Positions 11,235 to 21,101 of a DNA stretch of 64,000 nucleotides are shown one piece after another. The DNA is from Opitutales bacterium (GTDB lineage: Bacteria > Verrucomicrobiota > Verrucomicrobiia > Opitutales > UBA953), in contig JBBAUX010000005.1 of NCBI GenBank assembly GCA_040398005.1, positions 1 to 64,000 of the forward strand, given 5' to 3'. Below the pieces are notes generated by a model. It searched no databases, was not told the DNA's origin, and saw only the letters and a list, made by a program, of their open reading frames with translations. The position numbers and the translations under genes are program-made. Position 1 is the stretch's first letter, and every line of letters starts with the position of its first letter.

Positions 11235-11274
11235 CCCCGTGTCCCCATGTCACCTTGCCCCCGTGTCCCCTCGC
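11235..11274. repeat. Degenerate 8-bp tandem repeat, 5 units
   Basis: CCCCGTGT CCCCATGT CACCTTGC CCCCGTGT CCCCTCGC read directly. Confidence 0.75.
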
Positions 11275-11279
11275 GAGCG

Positions 11280-12833
11280 TTAGCTCGCGATCAACGACTC
11301 ACCCGTCATCTCAGCAGGCTTGGTTAAGCCCATGAGATGAAGAAGAGTAGGGGCGACATCAGCGAGACGTCCGGCAGGGCGCGTTTTGAGTGCTTTACAG
11401 CCTTCACCATAGATAACTACTTCAACAGGATTTAAAGTGTGACGAGTGTGTGCACAGTTTTCTTCGGGCTCCCACATTTGATCGGCATTTCCGTGGTCAG
11501 CCGTAATCACTGCTTTGCCGCCGACTTGATCAATGGCTTTGAGTAATTCGCCCACGCCTTGGTCGACCTTTTCACAGGCCTTACAAACGGCAGCGAGTGA
11601 ACCCGTGTGACCTACCATGTCAGGATTAGCGTAATTAACTACGACGAGTGCGTACTTGCCTGAAAGAATCGCTTCCTTTGCCATGGCAGTAACTTGGTCG
11701 GCCGACATCTCAGGCTTTTGATCGTAAGTGGAAACGTCTTTAGGACTTTGGGCCATGCCACGCTCTTCGCCCGTGAATGGCTCTTCGCGATAATCGTTGA
11801 AGAAGAAAGTCACGTGAGGGAATTTCTCAGTTTCCGCGGTGCGGAATTGTTTGAGTCCCTGTTTCGAAACCCAATCACCGAGAATATTTACCATCTTCGG
11901 TGGCTTATCAAAAATCACATTCGGGCAGAGACCCTTTTGGTAATTGGTCAACGTAGCGTAGAAAAGTTTGAGCAAGTGTGCGCGAGGGAAGCCATTGAAT
12001 TCAGGATCAATGAAGGCGCGGGTGATTTCGCGGGGGCGATCTCCTCGGAAGTTGAAGAATAAAACGGAGTCACCATCTTTAATAAATTCTCCGCCTTTGA
12101 TACGTGTCGCGGGAACGAACTCATCGCCGGTGGTATTCGCGTCGGTCGGTTTATCGTAGTAAGCTTGAACCGCAGCGGTGGCCGAAGTAGCTTCAGGTGC
12201 GGGTGCGCCCGTGAGTGCATCGTAGGCCGTCTTTACGCGTTCCCAGCGATTGTCGCGGTCCATCGCCCAGAAACGTCCTGAGACGCTGGCGACTTTGCCG
12301 ATACCGATTTTAGCGAGCTCAGCTTCGAGTTGTTTAAGATAACCAACACCGCTCGTAGGAGGACTGTCGCGTCCATCCATGAAAGCGTGAATGAAAACTT
12401 TAGAGAGACCTTCTTCTTTTAACAGACGAAGAATCGCGTAGAGGTGAGGGAGGGTGGAGTGCACGCCTGCTTCGGAGCACAGTCCCATGAGGTGCACAGC
12501 TCCGCCAGTGGATTTGACGTTTTCAACGATACCGCGGAAAGCTTTGATTTGGCGCATCGCTTGAGGATCGGTCAGACCTTTGTCGATACGGACAATTTCT
12601 TGGTCGACGATGCGACCCGCGCCGATGTTTTGGTGTCCGACTTCGGAATTACCCATGATACCAACCGGCAGACCGACATCGAGTCCGTGGGCCATGATTT
12701 CGGTGCGTGGCCAATTCTTCGTCAGCTCGCGCGATACCGGAATGTTCGCGACCTTGAGTGCATTAAACGCGTCGTGCTTAGGGTTATGATTTTCGCCCCA
12801 GCCATCACGAATCACAAGAAGTACAGGTTTCAT
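11280..12833 (-). CDS. gpmI: 2,3-bisphosphoglycerate-independent phosphoglycerate mutase
   Basis: [45 protein letters not shown]. Confidence 0.98.
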   Translation of the reverse strand: MKPVLLVIRDGWGENHNPKHDAFNALKVANIPVSRELTKNWPRTEIMAHGLDVGLPVGIMGNSEVGHQNIGAGRIVDQEIVRIDKGLTDPQAMRQIKAFRGIVENVKSTGGAVHLMGLCSEAGVHSTLPHLYAILRLLKEEGLSKVFIHAFMDGRDSPPTSGVGYLKQLEAELAKIGIGKVASVSGRFWAMDRDNRWERVKTAYDALTGAPAPEATSATAAVQAYYDKPTDANTTGDEFVPATRIKGGEFIKDGDSVLFFNFRGDRPREITRAFIDPEFNGFPRAHLLKLFYATLTNYQKGLCPNVIFDKPPKMVNILGDWVSKQGLKQFRTAETEKFPHVTFFFNDYREEPFTGEERGMAQSPKDVSTYDQKPEMSADQVTAMAKEAILSGKYALVVVNYANPDMVGHTGSLAAVCKACEKVDQGVGELLKAIDQVGGKAVITADHGNADQMWEPEENCAHTRHTLNPVEVVIYGEGCKALKTRPAGRLADVAPTLLHLMGLTKPAEMTGESLIAS

Positions 12834-12884
12834 AAAAGTAATAGGACTTAAATAGAGGACTTTGGCCTAATTAGGCAAGTAACA

Positions 12885-14897
12885 CTATACCTCGACCCAC
12901 TTACCTTTTTCTTTAATAAGATCGACGAGGCGTTCGACGGCTTCTTCTTGTGCAATATTAAACTTCACGGGTGTCTTGCCGACGTAGAGATTGATTTTTC
13001 CGGGTGCGCCACCGACGTAACCGAAATCAGCATCCGCCATTTCACCAGGGCCATTCACAATGCAACCCATGACGGCGATGGTGACGGATTTAAGATGTCC
13101 GGTACGCGCTTTAATTTTAAGCGTGGTGGATTGAATATCGAAAAGGGTGCGACCGCAGGAAGGACAGGCGACGTATTCGGTCTTGGTTTGGCGTGCACGT
13201 GCACCTTGTAAAACATCATAACCAAGCGTGAGAGACTTCACGGTGCTATCAGGCGTTTCACAGGAAATTAAATCGCCATAGCCATCGACCAATAAACTAC
13301 CGGCGAGAATTGAGGCTTCGAGGAGACGTGATTGGAATCCTTGATCTAAAATCGCAGCATTCGCTTCAGTCGCACGAATCCACAGAGGTGCTTGCACTTT
13401 TGCTTCGCTGAGGAGTCGGATGATTTCGCGATGCGCTCCGATGGCGTGCAGTCCATTGCAAGGTCGACTCACGGAAACAATGAGTTGTCCCTTTGGAATT
13501 TTTGAAAGTACCGGTGCTAATGACTGCGTTGATTCGATGTCCAAATCAGCAGCGAGAATCGCCGCGTTTTTATTACAGATTTCTGAGTCGGATTTTAATT
13601 CAGAACTTTGATTAGCTTTATAGGTTCTAACGATTACTAGTTTGGAGCCTTCGCCTTTGAATACTTCTGAGTCGAGTGATAAAGCAGTTTCGACAAATAC
13701 AGCGGGTACTGCGAGTCCGAGTGCTTTGCGTAAAGATTGAAGGGCGGGAATCTGTTCTGAAGAAGTCAGTTGAACGAGTAGACCTTCAACGCGGGCTTCG
13801 CGTTGTTGATTATGGGCATCGAGCACTTCTTTAGCGGCTTCTTGCCAATTATTTAAGCCAGCGACACTTCGCACAATCACGCGAGGGAGTTCAGTGGCGC
13901 CAGCGTGACATTTTTCTGAAAGTGAAATGCTGTCGGTAATTCTTCGCGCGTAACTAAATGGATCAGCGGGATCGTCTTTAAGTTTAATCGAAGTCGCTTT
14001 ACCGTTTTGAATGAGTCTATCTGAGCGTGCGACTAATTCGCGACAGACCGGGATTTCATACCAAGGATCTTCGGTGAGTGAGACGCGAATGGTATCACCT
14101 AATCCATCAGCGAGCAGCGAACCAATACCGATGGCTGATTTAATGCGCGCATCTTCGCCTTCACCGGCTTCGGTGACGCCGAGGTGAAGAGGGTAATCCA
14201 TTTTGAGTTCCGACATCCTTGCAGCAGCCAAGCGGTAGGCCTCAATCATCACCTTCGGATTCGAAGCCTTCATGGAAAGAATCATATCCTTATATCCATG
14301 TGATTCCGCAATGCGTACAAACTCGAGGGCTGCTTCCACCATGCCATTGGGCGTGTCACCAAATCGATTCATGATACGGTCGGAAAGCGAACCGTGATTT
14401 GTGCCGATGCGTAGGGAACGTCCGAGAGTTTTAGCGCGAAGGACTAAAGGTGAGAAAGCTTCGTGGAGACGTTCCAGTTCTTCGGCATATGCGGCGTCGG
14501 TGTATTCAAGCACCGCGAATTTTTTCTTATCCGCATAGTTGCCAGGATTGACCCGAACTTTTTCCACGTGCTCAACTGCTTCCATTGCCGCCACAGGTAA
14601 GAAATGAATGTCAGCAACGAGCGGTTGGGAAAATCCCGCCGCGCGAAATTGTTCATGAATCGATTTGAGAGCGACCGCCGCGGCTTTATTGGGAGCGGTG
14701 ATGCGAATGATTTCGCAACCGGCTTCGGCGAGTTTGATACATTGAGCGAGGGTAGCGGCGACGTCTTCGGTGTCGGACGTCGTCATCGACTGAAGACGAA
14801 TTGGATTCGATCCACCGACGCCGACATTGCCTACTTGGACGACGCGGGTGAGGCGTCGCACGGTTTGATGTCGGGAATGACAGTAGGCCAAAGGCAT
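12885..14897 (-). CDS. ispG: HMBPP synthase, long three-domain form
   Basis: QSMTT, ADIHF, RVNPGN, RIGTNHGSLS, HLGVTEAG, CPSCGRT, VMGCIVNGPGE. Confidence 0.98.
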   Translation of the reverse strand: MPLAYCHSRHQTVRRLTRVVQVGNVGVGGSNPIRLQSMTTSDTEDVAATLAQCIKLAEAGCEIIRITAPNKAAAVALKSIHEQFRAAGFSQPLVADIHFLPVAAMEAVEHVEKVRVNPGNYADKKKFAVLEYTDAAYAEELERLHEAFSPLVLRAKTLGRSLRIGTNHGSLSDRIMNRFGDTPNGMVEAALEFVRIAESHGYKDMILSMKASNPKVMIEAYRLAAARMSELKMDYPLHLGVTEAGEGEDARIKSAIGIGSLLADGLGDTIRVSLTEDPWYEIPVCRELVARSDRLIQNGKATSIKLKDDPADPFSYARRITDSISLSEKCHAGATELPRVIVRSVAGLNNWQEAAKEVLDAHNQQREARVEGLLVQLTSSEQIPALQSLRKALGLAVPAVFVETALSLDSEVFKGEGSKLVIVRTYKANQSSELKSDSEICNKNAAILAADLDIESTQSLAPVLSKIPKGQLIVSVSRPCNGLHAIGAHREIIRLLSEAKVQAPLWIRATEANAAILDQGFQSRLLEASILAGSLLVDGYGDLISCETPDSTVKSLTLGYDVLQGARARQTKTEYVACPSCGRTLFDIQSTTLKIKARTGHLKSVTIAVMGCIVNGPGEMADADFGYVGGAPGKINLYVGKTPVKFNIAQEEAVERLVDLIKEKGKWVEV

Positions 14898-14904
14898 TGA
14901 CTAA

Positions 14905-14932
14905 CCACTAGACCTTTCCCGTGGAGCGTCAA
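14905..14932 (-). promoter_or_regulatory. Putative promoter of ispG, leaderless geometry
   Basis: TTGACG-N16-TAGTGG-N7-ATG(14897). Confidence 0.5.
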
Positions 14933-14947
14933 CGCCTTGAACAAAAT

Positions 14948-16798
14948 TTACTTAGGCTCAGAGAAGCTAACGGGGCGTAAAACGTGGCGATTAATGATTT
15001 GTTGCTTTAACTGCATTTCATTATCGCCCGAACAGCGGCGGACATCGTTAAGCATGATGTAGCCCATTAAACTAAAGAGCATGGCCATACAGGCAAACTG
15101 CACGATGGTGACGGCCTTACTATTCAGGCCACCTTTGATAAAGCGATTGAGTGTCGCGATGAGCATGTGGCCGCCATCGAGCACGGGAATGGGCATCAGA
15201 TTTAAAATCGCTAAATTGATATTAATTAAAACCGTGAACCAAAGCACGCGACGTAAGTCATCCGAAATATGGTAGTAAGTTTTGCTGATCGAAATCACTG
15301 AGGCGAGTTGGTTGACTTTGATGTCGGAGCTACGATCGAAGAGTCGACCGAGTGTCGTGAAGGTCTGTTGAATGATACGCGTGCAGGTTTCAAACGGATT
15401 ATAATAAGCAACTTCTGGGACCGATAAGAATTGTGCACCAATGAGGGCACGATCGAGAGGTTTACCTTGCTTGATTTCTGCGTTCTTTAAAATGACTGAA
15501 CCATTTTCACCATTGGCACGTTTCCAATAGAAGGTGAGGTTTTGTGGACCTTGATTGGTCGCGTTGTTTAAGTCTTCGAGTGAGCGCAAGATGGTCAGTT
15601 CTTTGCCGTCGATTTTATCAAAAATCGTTCCAGCTTTCAAGGAATCGGCGCGCTCATTGTCTTCAGGAAAGACGCTGAGAACCATGAGTTGGTTGCGCGG
15701 GTTTTTCTCATCACTGGAAAGAAGATTTGGGGTAACGGGAACGAGGATGATGGAGCTTTGCTTATTATTTTCTCCGTAGGTGATGACTGCGACGGGATTA
15801 GTCATCGTTTTCATTTGCGGAGTTAATTTCACGATGCGTTTAGTGCCTTTATTTTCGCCGAGGGTGGATTCCACTTCGATAATGCGTTCGTTCGCTCCAC
15901 CTTTGCGTAAAACCTCTTGAAACTCGGTGGTGTTGTTAATCGGTTGGCCGTCGACTTTCAGAATTTTATCTCCGGCGACAATGCCAGCGATAGCTGCGGG
16001 TGATCCAGGCATCGGTTTATCAATCACCACATGGGTCTTGGGCATGATACCAGCGACGCGAATGCGGTCACCACTGCGTGAATTGAGTTCAAGGAGCACC
16101 GGCTTAACCGTAATCACTTTCTGTTCATCACCACGTTGAATGGTCAAAAAGCAGGTAGGCTCGCCTTCAGAGTTTTTTCTGTTTCCCAGTAGAATGGCTT
16201 CGCTGATTTGACCGAAGGTTTTTACAGGTTGATCATCAACGGCTAAGATTTTGTCTCCCGATTTTAAACCCGCCGCGAAAGCAGGGCCTGGAGTGGTTTG
16301 ACCTAATCCCAATTCCGCGAGTGAATGGGAATTGGTAACAATTTGTTCTTGGACGTAGCCGATGGTCGTATTGTTGCTGCCTTCGGGAACAGGAACGCCG
16401 GTGAAGAATAAAATACACGCTAGGCCAAAGGCGAAGATGACGTTGAAGACTGCACCCATCACGGCGACGAGCATCTTGTCGGCGTAGGAAATCTCGGGAA
16501 GTTTTTCTGCTTTTTCGTCGGTCTCTCCTTCAATCGCTGAACTATCACCCATTTGAGGGAGGGCGACGTAACCGCCGAGAGGAATCCAGGAGACGCGGTA
16601 ATCCACGCCGTCTTTTCCGGTCCATCCAAAAATCTTTGGACCAAAGCCAATCGAGAATCTTTCGATTTTTAATTTACGCCAGCGGGCGGCGAGGAAGTGT
16701 CCGAGTTCGTGAACAAAAATAGAGCCGCCAAAAAACAGACCGAGTAATGCGATACCACGGATGGAGCTGAGGATTTCGGATAAAGAATTATTTTCCAT
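14948..16798 (-). CDS. rseP: RIP metalloprotease RseP (M50) with PDZ domains
   Basis: HELGH, FSIGFG, PLGGYV, PDZ segments and NLMPIPVLDGGH; dxr-rseP-ispG order. Confidence 0.95.
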   Translation of the reverse strand: MENNSLSEILSSIRGIALLGLFFGGSIFVHELGHFLAARWRKLKIERFSIGFGPKIFGWTGKDGVDYRVSWIPLGGYVALPQMGDSSAIEGETDEKAEKLPEISYADKMLVAVMGAVFNVIFAFGLACILFFTGVPVPEGSNNTTIGYVQEQIVTNSHSLAELGLGQTTPGPAFAAGLKSGDKILAVDDQPVKTFGQISEAILLGNRKNSEGEPTCFLTIQRGDEQKVITVKPVLLELNSRSGDRIRVAGIMPKTHVVIDKPMPGSPAAIAGIVAGDKILKVDGQPINNTTEFQEVLRKGGANERIIEVESTLGENKGTKRIVKLTPQMKTMTNPVAVITYGENNKQSSIILVPVTPNLLSSDEKNPRNQLMVLSVFPEDNERADSLKAGTIFDKIDGKELTILRSLEDLNNATNQGPQNLTFYWKRANGENGSVILKNAEIKQGKPLDRALIGAQFLSVPEVAYYNPFETCTRIIQQTFTTLGRLFDRSSDIKVNQLASVISISKTYYHISDDLRRVLWFTVLININLAILNLMPIPVLDGGHMLIATLNRFIKGGLNSKAVTIVQFACMAMLFSLMGYIMLNDVRRCSGDNEMQLKQQIINRHVLRPVSFSEPK

Positions 16799-16807
16799 GA
16801 AAAGTTT

Positions 16808-17974
16808 TTAGCGGGCGAGCCGTTGGATGAGTTGAGTGGTGAGAGAGCGTGCTTCGGCGTCGGCTTGAAGAACATCGCTTAAGGAAGAAGGTTCCCGAGT
16901 TTTCGATTGAGTGAGAGTTTCTTCAATCAGACGTGCAATATCAGTAAACGCAATTTTTCCTTCAATGAATGCGCTCACCGCTACTTCATTCGCGGCGTTA
17001 AAGATGGCAGGCGCGGTGCCACCGGTGGTGGCGGCTTGTTGGGCGAGACGTAAGCATGGGTAGCGCGCGGGATCCGGCGGCGACATGCTTAAGGTGATCA
17101 ATTCATTTAAATTAAGACTGCGAGCCGGACAGGGCAGACGTTGCGGATAAAGCAGGCAGTCCTGAATCGGATACGCCATGTCGGGCGGAGAGAGCTGAGC
17201 CTGTAAAGTTCCGTCGGTGAGTGTCACCAAAGAGTGGATGATGCTTTGCGGGTGGATAACGACATCGATGTGTGAAACCGGCATGTCGAACAACCAACGA
17301 GCTTCGATAATCTCTAATCCTTTATTGGCCATCGTGGCTGAATCGATGGTGACCTTTGGGCCCATATTCCAATTGGGGTGTTGGAGTGCCTGCGCAGGTG
17401 TTACATTTTTTAACTGTTCGAGTGGTGTGTCGCGAAACGCACCACCAGAAGCAGTTAATACTAAACGAGCAATTTCTTGTTTCGGTTTATCGCGCAGCAA
17501 TTGGTGAATCGCATTATGTTCGCTGTCGACCGGCAGTAAGCGTGAGCCCGATTTCTGGGCGGCGGCGGTGATAAATTTTCCAGCGAGCACGAGCAGTTCT
17601 TTGCTCGCGAGGGCGATATCTTTTTTCGCAGCGATGGCAGCTAAGGTGGGTTGCAGTCCGGCCGTACCAACTACGGCGGAGACGACGGTTTTAACTTCGG
17701 GGAGGCAGGCGATTTCGGTGAGGCCTTCAATTCCTTCTAAAATACGAACGCCATTAAATTCTCCTGCGGCGCGAGCGGCTGCGGCGGCGGCGGGATCGGC
17801 TAGAGCAATCGTCTTAACCTTAAATTCTTTGACCGGTGCAATCAGTTCGCGCCAACGAGAGTGCGCGGCTAGTCCCGCCACCGATAAAAGAGTCGGATGG
17901 GCACGAACAACTGCGAGGGTAGTTGTTCCGATAGAGCCAGTGGCTCCGAGAATAGCAATCGGCCTAGTTTCCAT
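16808..17974 (-). CDS. dxr: 1-deoxy-D-xylulose-5-phosphate reductoisomerase
   Basis: LGATGSIG, PVDSEH, TASGG, HPNWNMG.KVTIDSA, NKGLE, NAANE. Confidence 0.98.
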   Translation of the reverse strand: METRPIAILGATGSIGTTTLAVVRAHPTLLSVAGLAAHSRWRELIAPVKEFKVKTIALADPAAAAAARAAGEFNGVRILEGIEGLTEIACLPEVKTVVSAVVGTAGLQPTLAAIAAKKDIALASKELLVLAGKFITAAAQKSGSRLLPVDSEHNAIHQLLRDKPKQEIARLVLTASGGAFRDTPLEQLKNVTPAQALQHPNWNMGPKVTIDSATMANKGLEIIEARWLFDMPVSHIDVVIHPQSIIHSLVTLTDGTLQAQLSPPDMAYPIQDCLLYPQRLPCPARSLNLNELITLSMSPPDPARYPCLRLAQQAATTGGTAPAIFNAANEVAVSAFIEGKIAFTDIARLIEETLTQSKTREPSSLSDVLQADAEARSLTTQLIQRLAR

Positions 17975-18096
17975 GCACGCAGAGTGGTTTTAAGGCAACC
18001 GTTCGGGGTGTCAGTGGCAAGCAGGTTTAACGGTGAATCGAATCAATTTATGCTTCTCCGCTTGTCCTTTTGACGCGGTTTGGTTGCCTATCTCTC

Positions 18097-18510
18097 ATGG
18101 CAACTGAGCCTCAAGACCTAAAAGGGCTATCCCACCTCGGGAATACCCAAAACAAACCACAACAAACGTTAGAGACTTTTCCTAATCGTAATTTGGGAAG
18201 ACATTACGTGGTCGAACTTTCGACGAGCGAGTTCACCTGTCTTTGTCCAGCGACTGGTCAGCCTGACTTTGCGAAGATTTCGATTCAGTATATTCCTGGT
18301 CCAAGGATTGTAGAATCGAAGTCGCTCAAATTATATTTCTGGAGTTACCGTCAACAAGGTGTGTTTCACGAACACCTCACGAACAAAATTTTAGACGATC
18401 TCGTGGCAGCTTTGGATCCAGTGTGGTGCCAAGTGACGGGTGCATTTGAAGTGCGCGGTGGTATTGCGATTACTGTTCGCGCCGAACACGGGAAAAAACC
18501 TCAAGCGTGA
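18097..18510 (+). CDS. queF: NADPH-dependent preQ0 reductase (short type)
   Basis: EFTCLCP.TGQPDF, ESKSLKLY, FHE, RGGI. ATG 18097. Confidence 0.96.
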   Translation: MATEPQDLKGLSHLGNTQNKPQQTLETFPNRNLGRHYVVELSTSEFTCLCPATGQPDFAKISIQYIPGPRIVESKSLKLYFWSYRQQGVFHEHLTNKILDDLVAALDPVWCQVTGAFEVRGGIAITVRAEHGKKPQA

Positions 18511-19445
18511 AGCGACGTCCCGTCCAGAGTGATGACGGGGAACCCGCTCACTGGCCTGGTTCAGAGCAAGTCTTAGATTATTTAAGCCGACAACTTGCCG
18601 GCCGTCGACTGGCTGCACGTACCTGTTTAACTTATGGTCGCTCACTGAAAGGCTTTGCACTTTGGATGAAGAGTAATGGCGGCTGGGATGGCGATTGGTC
18701 GAAGCTGACTGCGCGAAATTTAAGAGACTTCGTGATTGAACGTCAGTCCTCCCACAACCGCAGTTCTGTGCATAATCAGGTTTCGGCCATTCGCGCGTTT
18801 TTAGCCGATTTACGGGAGCGTGGTGGCATTAATTCAACCCCCGCCGCAGGCTTGGTTTTACCTAAGTTACCAAGGTCCTTACCTAAATTTTTAACGGAAA
18901 ATCAGACCACCGATTTATTAGAATCTCCCGCTGGAGAAAAGGAGTCGCCCGAAGTGCAGTCGCGTGATCAAGCGGTGCTAGAATTACTTTACGGCGGCGG
19001 TTTGCGGGTCGCGGAACTCTGCAGTATCAAATATGGTGACTTAGATTTAAACACCGGACTCGTGCGTATTTTAGGTAAAGGTTCGAAAGAGCGTGTCGTA
19101 CCGGTAGGTGAGTCAGCCATTGCAGCCGTCAAAAAATATCTGACCTTACGGACTTCGATTAAGCGCGGTGAGCCTCTGTTATTAGCTCCGCGTGGTGGGC
19201 CCATGCATCCACGTGCGGTGCAGTTGATGTTGAAGAAAAAATTAGCGGCGGCGGGATTGCCGGCGGATTTGACACCGCATAAACTCCGCCACGCTTGTGC
19301 GACGCATTTATTATCCAACGGCGCGGATTTACGTTTAGTGCAGGAGCAACTCGGACACGCCTCACTTTCTACCACGCAAATTTATACCCACTTATCCGTG
19401 AACAAACTAAAAGAAGTTCATCGTAAGGCTCACCCCCGAGCTTAA
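18507..19445 (+). CDS. xerC: Tyrosine recombinase XerC
   Basis: LYGGGLRVAEL, GKGSKER, HKLRHACATH, LGHASLSTTQIYTH; C-terminal AHPRA. Confidence 0.88.
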   Translation: MKRRPVQSDDGEPAHWPGSEQVLDYLSRQLAGRRLAARTCLTYGRSLKGFALWMKSNGGWDGDWSKLTARNLRDFVIERQSSHNRSSVHNQVSAIRAFLADLRERGGINSTPAAGLVLPKLPRSLPKFLTENQTTDLLESPAGEKESPEVQSRDQAVLELLYGGGLRVAELCSIKYGDLDLNTGLVRILGKGSKERVVPVGESAIAAVKKYLTLRTSIKRGEPLLLAPRGGPMHPRAVQLMLKKKLAAAGLPADLTPHKLRHACATHLLSNGADLRLVQEQLGHASLSTTQIYTHLSVNKLKEVHRKAHPRA

Positions 19446-19451
19446 TTTTTT

Positions 19452-20318
19452 GTGATTTTCGAAACCGCTCCAGCTAAATTAAATCTCTCACTCGCCGTCA
19501 CTGGCCTGCGCGAAGATGGATTTCACGAACTGCTGAGCTTGGTGGCTTCGATTAACCTAGCCGATCGCTTAGAGTTCAAAAAGGCAATGAAATGGAGCCT
19601 TTTATGCGATGATGCTTCGCTGGCTACGGATCGCACTAATCTGGTTTTAAAGGCCGCAGAAGTTTATCAAGCGCAGCGACCCGATACGGTGGTCGGAGAA
19701 TTTAATCTTAAAAAATTAATTCCGAGTGGGGCAGGGTTGGGTGGCGGAAGTTCCGATGCGGCAGCGGCTTTGCGTTTGTTGGATCGCGCGAATCCTTCAC
19801 CGCTCGGTGATGAGACTCTTTTGCAGTTAGCGATGAAAGTGGGATCGGACTGTCCGTATTTTATAAAGTCGACCACGGCGATTATGAGTGGGCGCGGAGA
19901 AAATTTAGAAACCGTATCACCGCAGGTTGTGACGAGTTTAAAGGGTCGCCGTGTGATGATTGTGAAGCCGCCGTTTGGGGTAGCGACGCAGGATGCTTAT
20001 GGGCTGTTGGCAAAAAGTAAGGCTTACGTCTCGCCGTCTGCGGCAAAACAAAAACTGCAAGATTGGCTGAGTCTGCCCGCAGCAGATCCTTCGCTTTTGG
20101 GAAATACTTTGGAGCCGGTTGTTTTTAATAAATATTTAGCGCTCCCGGTGGCTCTGGCGGAGGTGTCGCGTGCGACGGGGATAAACTTTAGAATGACAGG
20201 GAGTGGCAGTGCTTGCTTTGCGTTCTGTCCTGCGAAGTTTGATGCCCAGGCCGTTCGACAGATTTTAGAGCGTGGTTGGGGTAAGGGGCTTTGGGTTTGC
20301 GAAACTGAAATTTTATAG
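19452..20318 (+). CDS. ispE: 4-diphosphocytidyl-2-C-methyl-D-erythritol kinase
   Basis: APAKLNL, DGFHEL, GAGLGGGSSDAA, GSDCP, MTGSGS. Confidence 0.97.
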   Translation: MIFETAPAKLNLSLAVTGLREDGFHELLSLVASINLADRLEFKKAMKWSLLCDDASLATDRTNLVLKAAEVYQAQRPDTVVGEFNLKKLIPSGAGLGGGSSDAAAALRLLDRANPSPLGDETLLQLAMKVGSDCPYFIKSTTAIMSGRGENLETVSPQVVTSLKGRRVMIVKPPFGVATQDAYGLLAKSKAYVSPSAAKQKLQDWLSLPAADPSLLGNTLEPVVFNKYLALPVALAEVSRATGINFRMTGSGSACFAFCPAKFDAQAVRQILERGWGKGLWVCETEIL

Positions 20319-20374
20319 AGTTTCGGCTTTACTGTCCCTCGACCTGTTGCCTAGATGGGGTCCAACAACACACT

Positions 20375-20461
20375 ATGGGAAGCCTCAAGAAAAAGCGTCG
20401 TTTAAAAATGAATAAGCATAAACGCCGTAAACGTTCCAAAGACATGCGTCACAAGAAGTAA
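20375..20461 (+). CDS. 28-aa basic protein, AURKAIP1/COX24 (bS22/mS38-like) small ribosomal subunit protein
   Basis: Below the ORF-track cutoff. Translates to MGSLKKKRRLKMNKHKRRKRSKDMRHKK, matching the MGS..KKRR..M.KHK..K family pattern; followed by a terminator. Confidence 0.88.
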   Translation: MGSLKKKRRLKMNKHKRRKRSKDMRHKK

Positions 20462-20491
20462 GCTTTTGCTTATTTCTAGGGCCTTTAAGCA

Positions 20492-20525
20492 CAGGGCGAC
20501 CTCACCGGTCGCCCTGCTTGTTTTT
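20492..20525 (+). terminator. Intrinsic terminator after the bS22-like gene
   Basis: Stem CAGGGCGACC-tcacc-GGTCGCCCTG followed by cttgttttt. Confidence 0.75.
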
Positions 20526-20584
20526 CGGGCTTGCCCAACCTCTATTCCGCCCCCAAGTCTTAACCTTCAAACCCAAACCAAACC

Positions 20585-20755
20585 ATGGCTCGCGAAACCA
20601 TCATCATTGAATGCACCGAAGCACGTAAGGAAGGCAAACGCCCTTCCCGTTACATGACTACCCGTAATAAGAAACTTTCCCAAGAGAAGCTCGAGCTCAA
20701 GAAGTACAACCCTTCACTCCGTCGTCACACTCTCCATAAAGAGATCAAAGGTTAA
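20585..20755 (+). CDS. rpmG: 50S ribosomal protein L33 (56 aa, zinc-free type)
   Basis: Translated by hand: [56 protein letters not shown]. Confidence 0.96.
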   Translation: MARETIIIECTEARKEGKRPSRYMTTRNKKLSQEKLELKKYNPSLRRHTLHKEIKG

Positions 20756-20772
20756 TCTTTATTAACCCACGA

Positions 20773-20815
20773 TAAAAAAGGCCGAAGTCATCACTGATTT
20801 CGGCCTTTTTATTTT
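20773..20815. terminator. Bidirectional intrinsic terminator
   Basis: AAAAAAGGCCGAAGTCA-tcac-TGATTTCGGCCTTTTT between convergent genes. Confidence 0.88.
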
Positions 20816-20825
20816 AAGTATTAAA

Positions 20826-21047
20826 TTACGCCGATGGCTGTATCCGGCGTTCGTTACGCCAGCGGGCGCGATGATTACGCGTCCAATCTAAAAGGGCTTT
20901 TTCGAAGCCGATATCTTTGCCGGCTTTTTCTGACTCGATCCATTTATAACGAAGGATTTCATCACGTTCTGCAAGCCACTGAGCGTATAGAGACGAACGA
21001 CCCGCAAAAATTTCACCTTCGGATTGGCTCTTCTGCAGTTCGTGCAT
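20826..21047 (-). CDS. Small conserved protein (DUF4032-like)
   Basis: SSLY..WLAERDEILRYKWIESEKAGKDIGFEKALLDW pattern. ATG 21047. Confidence 0.75.
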   Translation of the reverse strand: MHELQKSQSEGEIFAGRSSLYAQWLAERDEILRYKWIESEKAGKDIGFEKALLDWTRNHRARWRNERRIQPSA

Positions 21048-21101
21048 TCTTACTCTCAATAAAATTAATTTAGCTGAATTAGCAAGAACGAGATGGGGTA
21101 T

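Noticed and set aside
17975..18096. Possible preQ1 riboswitch upstream of queF
   Set aside because: No preQ1 stem or A-rich tail seen, and promoter geometry suggests queF has no leader.
18507..19445. Tyrosine recombinases here and at 43382-44329 as integrases of a mobile element
   Set aside because: Both are about 310 aa with XerC/XerD-type motifs, sit among core genes, and have no att repeats, tRNA or cargo.
20466..20657. 63-aa ORF from the track
   Set aside because: Crosses a terminator and overlaps rpmG out of frame.
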